Assembly (NCBI GenBank): GCA_965220745.1 | Contig: CBDCQT010000012.1 | Coordinates: 352,001 to 416,000, forward strand | Direction of reading: 5' to 3' | Source of the DNA: Alphaproteobacteria bacterium | Lineage (GTDB): Bacteria; Pseudomonadota; Alphaproteobacteria; UBA828 | DNA: 64,000 nt | Shown here: positions 48,224-59,612 of the stretch, one piece after another | Layout: every line of letters begins with the position of its first letter | Numbering within the stretch: position 1 is the first letter of the stretch | The notes under the pieces: generated by a model | Told to the model about the DNA's origin: nothing | The model's database searches: none | The model's input: the letters and a program-made list of their open reading frames with translations, nothing else | Program-made: the position numbers and the translations under genes

Positions 48224-49354
48224 ATGACCGGACCCATGACCATCGAGCCTTCGACCCCTGCGCCGCCGCCCCCAGCCATGCCCCTCGACGCGGTCCACAC
48301 CCGCGAGCGCCAGTTCACGCGCATCTTTACGACGATGTACGGCCAGAAACACCGCGCCCGAACCCGGCTGCCGGTCAAGACGCAAGCGGTGCGGATGCAC
48401 GAGGCCGGCGGGCCGGAGGTACTGCAGGTCGAGGACCTCTGGGTGCCGGACCCCGGCGCCACCGAGGTGCGCGTCGCGCAGAAGGCGATCGGCCTCAACT
48501 TCCTCGACACCTATCAGCGGCGCGGCACCTTCCCCTCGCCGGGGCTGCCCTGGGTCATCGGCTTCGAGGGCGCGGGCGTCGTCGAGGCCGTCGGCGGCGC
48601 GGTGACGGCCTTCAAGGAAGGCGACCGCGTCGCCTACGCGAGCGCGCCGCCCGGCGCCTATGCGGGGCTTCGCACCATTGCGGCGGACGCGCTGGTCAAA
48701 CTGCCCGACGCCATCGGCTTTGAGCAGGCCGCCGCCGCCACGCTCAAGGGCATGACGGCGGAATACCTGGTCAACAAGAGCGGCGCGGTGCAGCCGGGCG
48801 ATGCCGTGCTGGTCCATGCGGCGGCGGGCGGCACCGGCCTGCTGCTCTGCCAGTGGCTCGCGCATGCGGGTGCCACCGTCATCGGCTGCGCCGGTGGCGA
48901 CGAGAAGCGCGGTCTCGCCGAGGCCCACGGCTGCAGCCACGCGATCGACTACCGGCGGGAGGACGTTGCCGCCCGCGTCGCCGAACTCACCGGCGGCGAA
49001 GGGCTTGCCGTGGTCTACGATTCCGTTGGTCGGGACACGGCCGAAGCCTCCGTCGCCTGCCTTCGCGAGGGCGGCACGCTGGTGCTCTACGGCAGCTCGT
49101 CTGGCGCTCCGCCGCAGAGCGCGCTTGCCGCCGCATCGGCGAAGTCCTTGCAAGTCGTGCGCCCCGGTCTCTTCCAGGAGAACGACACGCCGGCGGCGCT
49201 GCAGGCACGCGCCGGTGCGCTCTTTGAGGTGCTGGAGAGCGGCGCGGTCGCCCCCCGGATCGACCGGCGCTATGCGCTGGCCGATGCGGCAGACGCCCAT
49301 CGCGACCTCGAAGTGCGGCGCACCACCGGCCAGAGCGTGCTGATCCCCGCGTAG
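48224..49354 (+). CDS. qor: NADPH:quinone oxidoreductase (zeta-crystallin/Qor family)
   Basis: GGPEVL, IGLNFLD, HAAAGGTG, VYDSVG, TTGQSVL; start uncertain. Confidence 0.85.
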   Translation: MTGPMTIEPSTPAPPPPAMPLDAVHTRERQFTRIFTTMYGQKHRARTRLPVKTQAVRMHEAGGPEVLQVEDLWVPDPGATEVRVAQKAIGLNFLDTYQRRGTFPSPGLPWVIGFEGAGVVEAVGGAVTAFKEGDRVAYASAPPGAYAGLRTIAADALVKLPDAIGFEQAAAATLKGMTAEYLVNKSGAVQPGDAVLVHAAAGGTGLLLCQWLAHAGATVIGCAGGDEKRGLAEAHGCSHAIDYRREDVAARVAELTGGEGLAVVYDSVGRDTAEASVACLREGGTLVLYGSSSGAPPQSALAAASAKSLQVVRPGLFQENDTPAALQARAGALFEVLESGAVAPRIDRRYALADAADAHRDLEVRRTTGQSVLIPA

Positions 49355-49444
49355 CTCCCGGTGCTTCCGGCGCGTTGAGAGTGCCGGGGATATGCACTAT
49401 CAGGGGGCCGCACTCACACCACCCTGCGGGCACGGGAGTCTTTC

Positions 49445-50203
49445 ATGAGCAAGCCGACAGTCATGATCACGGGCGCCGGAATCGGCATCGGCCACGCCAC
49501 CGCCTTGGCCTTCGGCCGGGCCGGCTATCACGTCTACGTCACCGACGTGCTCGACGAGGAAGGGCAGGGAACCGTTGCCGCGATCGAGGCGGAAGGCGGC
49601 AACGCGAGCTTCAGCCACGTCGACGTGACCGACAGCGCCAACGTGAACGACGCGGTTGCGGCCGCCGAAGCCGCCACCGGCCCGCTGGACGCCGCCATCG
49701 CCAACGCCGGTATCGCCCACAAGGTGCCGCTCACTGAGATGTCGGACGAGAAGTGGGACCACACCCTCGATGTCGACCTCTCGGGCGTGTTCCGCTTGTT
49801 GCGCGCTGCGGCGCCGGGAATGCGCGAGGCGAAGCGGGGTGCGATGGTCGCCGTCTCCTCGGTCATGGGCACGACCTGGGGCTGGCACGACCACGTGCAG
49901 TACAACGCGGCCAAGTCCGGCGTGGTCGGGCTGGTGCGCGGCATGGCCTGCGACCTGGGCGGCGACGGCATCCGCGTCAACGGCATCGCTCCCGGCTTCA
50001 TCAAGACCGCACAGGCGCTCTCGACCGTGCACTCGCTCGGGATGGCAGGGCTGGAGGCGGCCGCCGAGTACATTCCCCTCGGCCGCTACGGCGAGGCCGA
50101 CGACATCGCCGACGTGATCCTCTTCCTCTGCTCCGACGGCGCGCGCTACGTGAGCGGCCAGACCATCATCGTCGATGGTGGGGTGACCGTGGGGCGGTAT
50201 TAG
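49445..50203 (+). CDS. SDR family oxidoreductase (FabG-like)
   Basis: TGAGIGIG, NAG, YNAAK. Confidence 0.92.
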   Translation: MSKPTVMITGAGIGIGHATALAFGRAGYHVYVTDVLDEEGQGTVAAIEAEGGNASFSHVDVTDSANVNDAVAAAEAATGPLDAAIANAGIAHKVPLTEMSDEKWDHTLDVDLSGVFRLLRAAAPGMREAKRGAMVAVSSVMGTTWGWHDHVQYNAAKSGVVGLVRGMACDLGGDGIRVNGIAPGFIKTAQALSTVHSLGMAGLEAAAEYIPLGRYGEADDIADVILFLCSDGARYVSGQTIIVDGGVTVGRY

Positions 50204-51132
50204 AGCGGAGCGGCGTTGATGGTGGGGCCGTGGGGCCGCGTCACACTTGCTGGGATGGGCTTGTTCTGAAAATGCTTGGCCATACTAACTAAACAATAGC
50301 GACGTTCGCCGATATTTTCTTCCTCGCACAAGTTAAATTTTGGTGCCAAAATATACTCCTTTGGCAAGTAGTCAACAGGATTGGTAAAACGACTACCGGC
50401 TTGCCTGAGCCACGAATCAAACCATATGTACCATGCCAGCAACGAATGGGATCCTAAATTATAAATCTCCGCAGGTTCGGGCAGCTACTTGAATAGATCG
50501 TCTCCGTAGCGAGCAACCAAGCTCTGATGAAATGGACTATTCGGATGCCCTAGCTTACTTATCTCAAGATAACTACCGGACCTAGCAACTATACCGTCCA
50601 ACGCGATTATGAAATCAGGACGTTCAGACCAAGGAATATTTTCAAGAGATGCAATAAGATTATCCTTCATAGTTTTCGGCCGCGATGATTCGAAGGACCA
50701 GACAACAAGCAGGGAATCTCTGAGGCTCTGGAATTCTTTTGTTTCACAGAATTTGCGTGTCATGCGCTTGAATCGCTGCCTTACTGACTGAATCAGTTAA
50801 ATTCGCCGCATCCAACTTAGTCTTTACTTCGATCAGTGCATAAACGGCTTCAGCTGGCCATAATTTATTTCTGTTGTTTCCGTAAAGTGGTGCGTTGTTT
50901 TTCTTATCGACTACTACGAGGTCAGCTTGGTTAGAAACATGCCATCGTGAGAGACAACAAATCCACTACTGACTCCAAAACGTTCTGGCAAATGACTTAG
51001 AAGAAAATTCTCGACTAAGTCTTGTCGATTCTCGCCGGTAGAAAGCCTGTGCTGAGAAAAATCACGGCGGAGCGCTGTTGATTGCCGGGAAATTTCGTTA
51101 GCTACATCTTCCATATATTCGACTAATTTCAT
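50200..51132 (-). pseudogene. Disrupted DUF6602-like PD-(D/E)xK protein in a low-GC segment
   Basis: GENRQD.VENFL..HLPERFGVSSGFVV / SNQADLVVVD...AVYALIEVKT join only across frameshifts near 50935 and 50778; in-frame TAG at 50485-50487. Confidence 0.6.
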
Positions 51133-51473
51133 AAGTTCACCATTCCCGTCTCGCATCGAAGAATTAACTCTTTCCACATTTGTGTTCTCCCAAAATGACA
51201 ACTTATGATAGTAATTAAGTAAGTTCCAACGTCGTTCGGGTGATGTTTCAAAGGCCGAGAAGCTCGATCCATCTTGTGGCAACAATAGGAAGAGTTCGTC
51301 GTGAAGGAAGGTAGTGAGTTCAATAAAGTAGATGTATACAGATACCATTGTGGTCGAATCAAAGACGGGGCCCCGAAGAGGCCCGGCACCCTTCGGTCGA
51401 AGCCCCAAGGGGAGTTGACTGTGACATAACTCCGAATAGGAGAAGGGTCAAGAGGAGCGGGACGGAGTGTCGC

Positions 51474-52532
51474 TAGAGCATTTTTCGACCTTATAGAATC
51501 TTTAGAATTTTCAATTGCTTGTAGATGTGATTCAAGATGCAGGCTGGTGAAGGAGGCCAGCCTGCATGACGCGACCTCTTTCGAATGATCTACGTCGTCG
51601 GGTGGTGACGGCGGTGGTCGATGGCGGCATGTCCCGGCGGAGCGCGGCGAGACGCTTCGGCATCGCGCCGTCGACGGCGATCAAGTGGGTCAGCGCCTGG
51701 CGCCGCACGGGCAGCTGGCGGCCGAGAGCGCAGGGCGGCGACAGACGCTCGCAGCGGATCGAGGCACGGGCCGAGGTGGTGCTTGCGCTCCTGGACGAGA
51801 CCCCGGACATGACCTTGGCGGAGATCGCCGCCCACCTGGAGGACGAGCACGGCCTGCGGGTCTCCCAGAGCGCGGTGTGGCGCTTCTTTCACCGCCGCGG
51901 CATCACCTTCAAAAAAAACCGCGCACGCCAGCGAGCAGCAACGCGCTGACGTGCTCAGGCGCAGGCGCGCCTGGGTCGAAGCCCAGCCCGATCTCGACCC
52001 TGAGAAGCTCGTCTTCGTCGATGAAACAGGCGCGTCCACCAAGATGGCGAGACGCTCGGGCCGGGCTCCGCGCGGACAGAGGTGCCGCGCCCCTGTGCCC
52101 CATGGCCACTGGAAGACCACAACCTTCGTCGGTGCCCTCAGGCTGAGCGGGATGACCGCTCCCATGGTGCTCGACGGCGCCATGCATGGCGCCGCCTTCC
52201 TCGCCTACGTAGACCAAGTGCTGGTGCCCACGCTCAAGCCCGGCGACATCGTGGTGATGGACAACCTTGCCTGCCACCGCAGCAGCGCTGTCCGCGACGC
52301 CATTCACCAGGCCGGGGCCGAGCTCCACTTCCTGCCGCCCTACAGCCCCGACCTCAACCCGATCGAGATGGCCTTCTCCAAGTTCAAGGCCTACCTCAAG
52401 CGACGCGCCGCCCGCACCGTCCCGGAACTCTGGGACGCCATCGGCGAAGCCACAGACAACTTCACACCCGCCGAATGCCAAAACTACTTCGCTGCTGCAG
52501 GATATGACCGCGTATGATCGGAACCTGCTCTA
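51474..52532 (+). mobile_element. IS630 family insertion sequence
   Basis: TA at both ends; TIRs tagagcatttttcgacc / gatcggaacctgctcta. Confidence 0.85.
51566..52517 (+). CDS. IS630 transposase (two ORFs joined by -1 frameshift)
   Basis: [15 protein letters not shown]; A8 run at 51911-51918; DDE motifs [19 protein letters not shown]. Confidence 0.9.
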
Positions 52533-52602
52533 GCACATGATCAGTCCAGTTTAGGTAGCACGTGAGTTGTCCGGTTAGGTGTCTCCGCGAGGAGTTGCCT
52601 GG

Positions 52603-53787
52603 ATGAACCGGACGATGTGGCTACAGGAGCGCAGGATGGAGAAGCTTTGCGATGTGCTGGGACGCTTCGAGGCGAAGCGTTTGTCGGCGCTGGATGCGGC
52701 GGAGCTGCTGGGGATGTCGGAGCGCAGCTTCCGGCGCTGCCGGCGGCGCTACGAAGCGGAAGGTCTGGACGGCCTGTTCGACCGCCGGCTCGGCAAGGCG
52801 TCGTCGCGCCGGGTCTGTGTGGATCGGATCGAGTGGGTGCTGGAGCAGTACCGCACCCGCCATGTCGGCTGGACGGTCAAGCATTTCCACGACCATCTGC
52901 GCGCGCATCACGGCTTTCACTTGAGCTACAGCTGGACCAAGACGGTGTTGCAGCGTGCGGGGCTGGTGACCCGGGCGGCACGCCGCGGGGCGCATCGCCG
53001 GCGGCGGCCGCGCAAGCCGTACCGCGGCATGATGCTGCATCAGGACGGCTCGCGTCACGCGTGGCTGGCCGGCCGGGCGCCGCTCGATCTGATCGTCACC
53101 CCGGACGACGCCACCTCGGAGATCTACTCGGCCTTCCTGGTCGAGGAGGAAGGCACGGCCTCGACCTTCCGGGCGCTCAAGCAGGTGTTCACCGAGCACG
53201 GCCTGCCCGGCGCGCTGTACACCGACCGCGGCAGCCACTACTTCCACACCCCCGAGGCCGGCGGCAAGGTCGACAAGGGCCGGCACACCCAGGTCGGGCG
53301 CGCCCTGCACCAGCTCGGCATCGAGCACATCGCCGCCTACTCCCCCGAGGCGAGGGGTCGCTCGGAGCGCGCCTTCGGCACCCTCCAGGACCGCCTGGTC
53401 AAGGAGCTGGCGCTGGCCGGCATCGACACCGTCGAGGCTGCCAACCGCTTCATCGAAGAGCGCTACCTGCCCGACCACAACCGCCGCTTCGCGATCCCGC
53501 CCGAGCTCGACGAGACCGCCTTCGTGCCGCTGGTCCGGCCCGACCAGATCGACGACATCCTCTGCCTGCATGCTGAGCGCGTGGTCGCCCGCGACAACAC
53601 CGTGCGCTACGCCAGGCGGGTCTTGCAGCTCCCCGCCGGCCCCGATCGCCCGCACTACGTCAAGGCGAAGGTCCGGGTGCACGAGTATCCCGACGGCACG
53701 CTCGCCGTCTTCCACGGACCCAGGTGCCCGGCCCGCTACCACGCCGATGGCGAACCGTTCGTAACTCCAAACCGGAAGGCCGCGTGA
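52603..53787 (+). CDS. ISNCY/IS1202-type DDE transposase
   Basis: HQDGS, DDAT, YTDRGS, SPEARGRSERAFGTLQDRL. Confidence 0.9.
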   Translation: MNRTMWLQERRMEKLCDVLGRFEAKRLSALDAAELLGMSERSFRRCRRRYEAEGLDGLFDRRLGKASSRRVCVDRIEWVLEQYRTRHVGWTVKHFHDHLRAHHGFHLSYSWTKTVLQRAGLVTRAARRGAHRRRRPRKPYRGMMLHQDGSRHAWLAGRAPLDLIVTPDDATSEIYSAFLVEEEGTASTFRALKQVFTEHGLPGALYTDRGSHYFHTPEAGGKVDKGRHTQVGRALHQLGIEHIAAYSPEARGRSERAFGTLQDRLVKELALAGIDTVEAANRFIEERYLPDHNRRFAIPPELDETAFVPLVRPDQIDDILCLHAERVVARDNTVRYARRVLQLPAGPDRPHYVKAKVRVHEYPDGTLAVFHGPRCPARYHADGEPFVTPNRKAA

Positions 53788-53956
53788 GACGCTTCGACGC
53801 GACCCGCCCGCAGCCTGTGGATAAGTGGACAGCCGCTTGGCGCCTGACCACTTCCCCACAGGCCCAACAACCACAACAGAAGCGGCCAATCGATGTACTA
53901 CGAAAACCGGACAAATCTACTTGCTAGCGACAGTTCTGTGCAGCGGCGCAGCGCAC

Positions 53957-54658
53957 TCAAGCGCCGCCTGAGCGGTGCCAGGCGGCGAGGGAGGCGAGAC
54001 CGGTGAAGGTGATGTCAGGTTCCACATCGACCGGCGGTGTCGCACCGCCGGGGCGACCAGCGCGGCGGTCGATCCAGCAGGTGGAAAAGCCCGCGTTGCG
54101 GCCGGGCTGCACGTCGTGGAACAGGCTCTGGGCCACGTGGAGCACCTCGCCGGGCGCGATCCCTTCGTCCGCGAGCAGCGCCTTGGCACGCTCGAAGTGC
54201 GCGGGCGCGGGCTTGTAGCTCCCGACATCCTCGGCTGTGATGACAGCGTGGAAGGGATCACCCAGGCGCCGGGCGCTCACGGCAAAGGACGCGCGGTCCA
54301 CGTTCGAGAGCACCATCAGCAAGCCGTGCTCGCGCAGGTAGGCGAGGGCCTCGACCGAATCCGGGAAGGGCGGCCAGTCGGCGATCGAGGCACCGAAGGC
54401 GGCGGCCTGCTCGTCCGCCGCAGCCTGGCCGAAGTCGGCCGCGATCGCCTTGCAGGCGCGACTCAACACCTCGGGGTAGCGCATGGCCGGGTTCTGCTCC
54501 TGGATCGTGTGCTCGTGCCGGGCGAAGGCGGCGAGCAGTGCCTCGTCGTCGCCGTCGATTCCAGCGAGCGTGCGGAGTGCCCGGAGCATGCCCTGCTCCC
54601 AGTCGATCAGGGTGCCGTAGCAATCGAAGGTGAAGGCGCGGAAGGCGCTCGGCGTCAT
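53957..54658 (-). CDS. HAD-superfamily haloacid dehalogenase-like hydrolase
   Basis: FDCYGTLIDWE, LSN, YKP, HVAQSLFHD. Confidence 0.9.
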   Translation of the reverse strand: MTPSAFRAFTFDCYGTLIDWEQGMLRALRTLAGIDGDDEALLAAFARHEHTIQEQNPAMRYPEVLSRACKAIAADFGQAAADEQAAAFGASIADWPPFPDSVEALAYLREHGLLMVLSNVDRASFAVSARRLGDPFHAVITAEDVGSYKPAPAHFERAKALLADEGIAPGEVLHVAQSLFHDVQPGRNAGFSTCWIDRRAGRPGGATPPVDVEPDITFTGLASLAAWHRSGGA

Positions 54659-54730
54659 CGTTTCCTCTTGCCGTGATGGGTGCGGTCGAGGCGTGGGACG
54701 GGCAGGCCCCAGCCGGTCGGGCCGGAGAGA

Positions 54731-55666
54731 TTAATCGTTCAGCGCGAAGGCGGCACGCAAGATGTTTCCAAAGCCCGAGTTTCCTGCGGCATCGACTCCC
54801 GCGCTGGCCGTGGCCGGATACGGGCCGCCAAGATGTTTCGCGAAGAAGGCCAGCATACGCGCCTGCGAGTCCCGCCGCGCCCGGGAGTTTCCTTGTACTG
54901 TATGGAAGCGGCCGTTCATGCCCTCCACGTAGTAGGGCCCCTGCATGGGCAGGTCGAAGGAATGGTGTGCGTCGGGATAGACCTCCAACTCCATGTCGGG
55001 CGCCGCTATCTCGGCAAGCGAGTGCATGGCGATACACCGCGACACGGACGTCCAGTCGTCTTTCTCGCCGATCAGTACGAGGAAGGGGCGCGCCAGCTCG
55101 AAGGCCCTGGCGCCCTCGCACCAGGGATAATAGGCGACGAGCGCCGCGTAGGACCCTTGCCCCTCTCTGGTGCGAGAATCGACGGTCGATCCCAGCGCCA
55201 GCCGCAGCGCGGTGCCGCCACCCAGCGAAAGACCCACAAAGCCGATCCGCTCATCGTCCACGAAGGGCAGAGAGGCCAGGTGATCGAAGGCGGCATGGGC
55301 GTCGCTGACCTGCACGGGGTAGTACTTTCCGCCGGTCTGGCAGCCGTCGGTAATGCGCCGTGCTCCGAAACTGTCGACGATGAGTGTGACGTAGCCGTAG
55401 TCGTTCAGCAGAGCGGCATGGCCGTTCAAGCCACGCCAGACCGTCTGATGTGACGTGTTTCTCTCGGTCCCGCTGCAGCCGTGCATCAGGACGACGGCAG
55501 GGAAGGGGCCCTCGCCCTCCGGCTTGGCGAGCCAGGATGTGAACGTCGCCTCTCCCGTGTCGGTGACGAGCGAGGTCATCGTTCCGGACGTCTGACACGC
55601 CGCGAGGCCCAGCACCAGAGCCACAGCCAAGGTGCCTAGCAAGCCGAGTCTCTTGGTGACGCTCAT
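54731..55666 (-). CDS. Dienelactone hydrolase family lipoprotein
   Basis: LAAC lipobox; HGCSG, GLSLGG, GEKDDW, HHSFD. Confidence 0.82.
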   Translation of the reverse strand: MSVTKRLGLLGTLAVALVLGLAACQTSGTMTSLVTDTGEATFTSWLAKPEGEGPFPAVVLMHGCSGTERNTSHQTVWRGLNGHAALLNDYGYVTLIVDSFGARRITDGCQTGGKYYPVQVSDAHAAFDHLASLPFVDDERIGFVGLSLGGGTALRLALGSTVDSRTREGQGSYAALVAYYPWCEGARAFELARPFLVLIGEKDDWTSVSRCIAMHSLAEIAAPDMELEVYPDAHHSFDLPMQGPYYVEGMNGRFHTVQGNSRARRDSQARMLAFFAKHLGGPYPATASAGVDAAGNSGFGNILRAAFALND

Positions 55667-55791
55667 CGGTGTGCCTCTGCTCAAGCCTCTTAATGGTGCC
55701 GCCGCCGACTGCTTCGGCATTCAATACTGATATATCGTTGTCACTCAGACCGCTTGACGGCTCCGTCAAAGGGCGCTGCAATAGGTGGGGG

Positions 55792-55824
55792 AAAGAAGGG
55801 GAGTGCGCATTGCACGCACTCCCC
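55792..55824 (-). terminator. Rho-independent terminator of nrdJ
   Basis: ggggagtgcg/cgcactcccc stem followed by TTCTTT on the minus strand, about 40 bp past the stop. Confidence 0.75.
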
Positions 55825-55862
55825 AGTGCCAGTGGTTCATGACCGCGGGAGATGGACGGTCG

Positions 55863-58800
55863 TCAGGAACAACCACTGGTAGCGCCACAAGTCACACACT
55901 TCATGCAGGTCCCGTTACGGACCAGCGTGAAATTTCCGCAATCGCCGCAGGCCTCGCCCTCGTAACCCTTGCCACGTGCTTGGGTTTGGGGCGCGCGGCC
56001 GCCCGTCGCCGCACCGCTCGCCGCAGGCTCGCTTCGCCGCTCGTGCCGGGGCCGCACCGCTGCAACCTCGGCGTCGTGCGCCGTGCCCGCGCGGCGGGCG
56101 GTTGCCCGGCCGGCCTCGTCGTCGCCCGCGCCGCCGGCACCGCCGTTGAGCACCAGCAGGTTGGAGCGCACGTAGCCGGCGCTCACCGGGTCGTCAGTGC
56201 CGCCGTTCGCACCGGCACGCCCGCCTCTGTCAGGCAGCATGGGTGCGCGCACGGTCTGCTCCTCGCCGCCGCCGATGGTATCCGGCAGCAGGTCCTCGGC
56301 CTCGGCATGGGCGAGGTCGCTGCGCCCGAGATAGGAGATGGCGAGCTCGCGGAAGATGTAGTCGAGGATCGACGTGCTCATCTTGATGGCGTCGTTGTTG
56401 ACCACCATCCCCGCCGGCTCGAACCGGGTGAAGGTGAAGGCATCGACGTACTCGTCCAGCGGCACGCCGTATTGCAGGCCGATGGAAATCGAGATCGCGA
56501 AGTTGTTCATCAGACTGCGGAAGGACGCGCCCTCCTTGTGCATGTCGATGAAGATCTCGCCGAGCCCACCGTCCTCGAACTCGCCGGTCCTGAGGTAGAC
56601 CTTGTGCCCGCCAACGATGGCCTTCTGGGTGTAGCCGCGCCGTCGATGGGGCAGGCGCCGCCGGTCGCCCTCGCGGATGACCTGCTTGACGATGCGTTCG
56701 GCCACGGCGAGCGGGTCAGGTCGGCTGGCCACGGCCGGCGGCGCGTCGGCTGTCTCTTCCTCCGCCGCCTCGTCGAGCCCATCGCCGAGCGCGAGCGCGG
56801 TCAAGGGCTGGGAGAGCTTGGAGCCGTCGCGGTAAAGCGCGTTGGCCTTGAGGCCGAGGCGCCAGGAGAGCTCGTAGGCCCGGCGGCAATCCTCGACTGT
56901 GGCGTCCATCGGCAGGTTGATGGTCTTCGAGATCGCGCCCGAGATGAAGGGCTGGGCCGCCGCCATCATGCGCACGTGGCTCTCGGTCGAGAGGCAGCGG
57001 TTGGAGCCGGTGCGCCCGCAGGGGTTGGCACAGTCGAAGACCGGCAGGTGCTCGTCCTTGAGGTGCGGCGCGCCTTCCAGCGTCATTGCGCCGCAGCAGT
57101 AGAGCGTGGCCGCCTCGATCTCGCGCGCGCTGAAGCCGATGGCGCCGAGCAGGTCGAAGTCGGGCCGGTCGAGATCGTGGGCGTCGAGGCCGAGCGTGCC
57201 GGTGCAGAAGTCCTCGCCAAGCGTCCACTTATTGAACGCGAGGTTGAGGTCGAAGGCGGCATCGAGAGCGCCTTCGACCTGCGCGATGGCGGCCGGCGTG
57301 AAGCCCTTGCGCGCGAGCGCCGCGTGGTCGATTGCCGGCGCCCCTTTCAGGGTGCCGCTGCCGACGGCGTAGGCGACGATCGCGCGAATCTGCGGCGCCG
57401 TGTAGCCGAGGGTCTTCAGCGCCTTCGGCACCGTGCCGTTGATGATCTTGAAGTGCCCGCCGCCGGCGAGCTTCTTGAACTTGACCAGGGCGAAATCGGG
57501 CTCGATGCCGGTGGTGTCGCAGTCCATGACCAGCCCGATGGTGCCGGTGGGCGCGATCACCGTCGCCTGGGCGTTGCGATAGCCGTACTTCTCACCGAGC
57601 TTCACGGCCCGGTCCCAGGCACGCTTCGCGGCCTTGCCGAGCGCCTTGTCCGGCAGGTTGGCGTGATCAAGCGGCACCGGCTGGATATCGAGGTCTTCGA
57701 ATTTCCCCGTCTCGCCGCGGGCGGCGGCGCGGTGGTTGCGCATCACCCGAAGCATGGCGTCGCGGTTATCGTCGAACGCGGGGAAGGCGCCGCATTCGCC
57801 GGCCATCTCCGCCGAGGCCGCGTAGGAGGTGCCCGTCATGAGCGCGCTGATAGCGCCGCCAAGCGCCCGGCCCGCCTCGCTGTCGTAGGAGAGCCCGAGC
57901 GACATCAGGAGCCCGCCGAGATTGGCGAACCCCAGTCCCAGCGTGCGGTACCGGTAGGACCGGAGCGCGATCTCGCGCGAGGGAAACTGCGCCATCACCA
58001 CCGCGATTTCGAGAACGACGGTCCAGAGCTTGACCGCGTGCTCGAAGCCCTCGATGTCGAAGCTGCCGTCCTCGCGCCTGAAGGTGATCAGGTTGAGCGA
58101 GGCGAGGTTGCACGCGGTGTCATCGAGGAACATGTACTCGGAGCAGGGGTTGGACGCGTTGATCCGCCCCCCCGCCGGGCAGGTGTGCCAGGCGTTGATG
58201 GTGCTGTCGAACTGGATTCCGGGGTCGGCCGAGGCCCAGGCCGCCTCCGAAATCTGGTCCCAGAGCCCGCTCGCGTCGATGGTCTTCGCCACCTTGCCGT
58301 CGGTGCGGCGGATCAGATCCCAGGTGCCGCCGGCCTCCACCTGCTTCAGGAAGGCGTCGGTCACGCGGATCGAGTTGTTGGAGTTCTGGCCCGATACCGT
58401 GAGATAGGCCTCGGACTGCCAGTCGGTGTCGTAGATGCGGAAGTCGATCTCGGTGAAGCCCTGCTCGGCCCAGCGGATCGCGCGGTGGATGCAGGTCTCG
58501 GGCACCAGCGCCCTCCGCGCCTCGCGGACCGCGTCGCTGAGCGCCGGGTTGGACTTGGGCTCGAAGCGGTCGGCGCCGCTGCCCGCGTGGCAGGCATCGA
58601 CGATGGCGTTGAGGCGGGTGTGCAGGAGCCGCGATCCACTGACCAGCGCCGCGACCTTCTGCTCCTCCACCACCTTCCAGGAGACGAAGTCCTCGATGTC
58701 GGGGTGGTCGACATCGACGATGACCATCTTGGCGGCGCGCCGGGTGGTGCCGCCCGACTTGATGGCGCCGGCGGCGCGGTCGCCGATCTTGAGGAAGCTC

Positions 58801-59561
58801 ATCAGGCCGGAGGACTTGCCCCCGCCGGAGAGCGACTCGCCCTCGCCGCGCAGGTTGGAGAAGTTGGTGCCCGTGCCCGAGCCGTACTTGAAGAGCCGCG
58901 CCTCACGCACCCAGAGGTCCATGATCCCGCCCTCGTTGACGAGATCGTCCTGGATGCTCTGGATGAAGCAGGCGTGCGGCTGGGGGTGTTCGTAGGCCGA
59001 CTCGGCCTCCTTCAGATCGCCGCTCTCGTGATCGACGTAGTAGTGACCCTGGGCCGGGCCGTCGATGCCGTAGGCCCAGTTCAGGCCGGTGTTGAACCAC
59101 TGCGGCGAGTTCGGCGCGGCCACCTGGAGCGCCAGCATGGCCACGAGTTCGTCGTAGAAGGCGCGGGCGTCCGATTCGGCATCGAAATAGCCGGCCTTCC
59201 AGCCCCAGTAGGTCCACGTGCCGGCGAGGCGGTGGAACACCTCCCTGGCCGAGCGCTCGCCGCCGGTGGGGCGCTCGTCGTCGGCGCCGGCGCTCTCCGG
59301 GTCCGGCTCGCTCCGCCACAGCCACTCGGGTACGTCGGCCTCGGGTACGGGCTTGCGTCGAGCCGCGATGCCGGCCTTGCGGAAGTATTTCTGGGCGAGA
59401 ACGTCGCAGGCGACCTGCGACCAGCCGGCCGGGACCTCGACGTCCTGCTGCACGAACACCACCGAGCCGTCGGGATTGCGGATCTCGCACGAGGTCGTGC
59501 GGTACGCGACCTCCTCGCGCGGCGCTCCGTCGTCCGTCGTATAGTGGCGCTGGATGCGCAT
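55863..59561 (-). CDS. nrdJ: Class II (adenosylcobalamin-dependent) ribonucleotide reductase
   Basis: [32 protein letters not shown]-terminal CxxC..C..C.TSGCS. Confidence 0.96.
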   Translation of the reverse strand: MRIQRHYTTDDGAPREEVAYRTTSCEIRNPDGSVVFVQQDVEVPAGWSQVACDVLAQKYFRKAGIAARRKPVPEADVPEWLWRSEPDPESAGADDERPTGGERSAREVFHRLAGTWTYWGWKAGYFDAESDARAFYDELVAMLALQVAAPNSPQWFNTGLNWAYGIDGPAQGHYYVDHESGDLKEAESAYEHPQPHACFIQSIQDDLVNEGGIMDLWVREARLFKYGSGTGTNFSNLRGEGESLSGGGKSSGLMSFLKIGDRAAGAIKSGGTTRRAAKMVIVDVDHPDIEDFVSWKVVEEQKVAALVSGSRLLHTRLNAIVDACHAGSGADRFEPKSNPALSDAVREARRALVPETCIHRAIRWAEQGFTEIDFRIYDTDWQSEAYLTVSGQNSNNSIRVTDAFLKQVEAGGTWDLIRRTDGKVAKTIDASGLWDQISEAAWASADPGIQFDSTINAWHTCPAGGRINASNPCSEYMFLDDTACNLASLNLITFRREDGSFDIEGFEHAVKLWTVVLEIAVVMAQFPSREIALRSYRYRTLGLGFANLGGLLMSLGLSYDSEAGRALGGAISALMTGTSYAASAEMAGECGAFPAFDDNRDAMLRVMRNHRAAARGETGKFEDLDIQPVPLDHANLPDKALGKAAKRAWDRAVKLGEKYGYRNAQATVIAPTGTIGLVMDCDTTGIEPDFALVKFKKLAGGGHFKIINGTVPKALKTLGYTAPQIRAIVAYAVGSGTLKGAPAIDHAALARKGFTPAAIAQVEGALDAAFDLNLAFNKWTLGEDFCTGTLGLDAHDLDRPDFDLLGAIGFSAREIEAATLYCCGAMTLEGAPHLKDEHLPVFDCANPCGRTGSNRCLSTESHVRMMAAAQPFISGAISKTINLPMDATVEDCRRAYELSWRLGLKANALYRDGSKLSQPLTALALGDGLDEAAEEETADAPPAVASRPDPLAVAERIVKQVIREGDRRRLPHRRRGYTQKAIVGGHKVYLRTGEFEDGGLGEIFIDMHKEGASFRSLMNNFAISISIGLQYGVPLDEYVDAFTFTRFEPAGMVVNNDAIKMSTSILDYIFRELAISYLGRSDLAHAEAEDLLPDTIGGGEEQTVRAPMLPDRGGRAGANGGTDDPVSAGYVRSNLLVLNGGAGGAGDDEAGRATARRAGTAHDAEVAAVRPRHERRSEPAASGAATGGRAPQTQARGKGYEGEACGDCGNFTLVRNGTCMKCVTCGATSGCS

Positions 59562-59612
59562 AGACTACCCCCAAATGACCGGCCGAAACCGAAGAACAAC
59601 GCGGCCACCGCC

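Larger units (their letters stand above)
51468..53932 (+). mobile_element. IS1202/ISNCY-type insertion sequence, left end interrupted by IS630
   Basis: Reconstructed left end TGTCGCTAGCA is the reverse complement of right end TGCTAGCGACA; subterminal ttgtccggtt/aaccggacaa repeats. Confidence 0.75.

Noticed and set aside
51418-51447. dif/xrs-like site near the IS1202-type left end (gacataa-N6-atagg)
   Set aside because: XerD arm matches poorly and the site is not directly adjacent to the IS end
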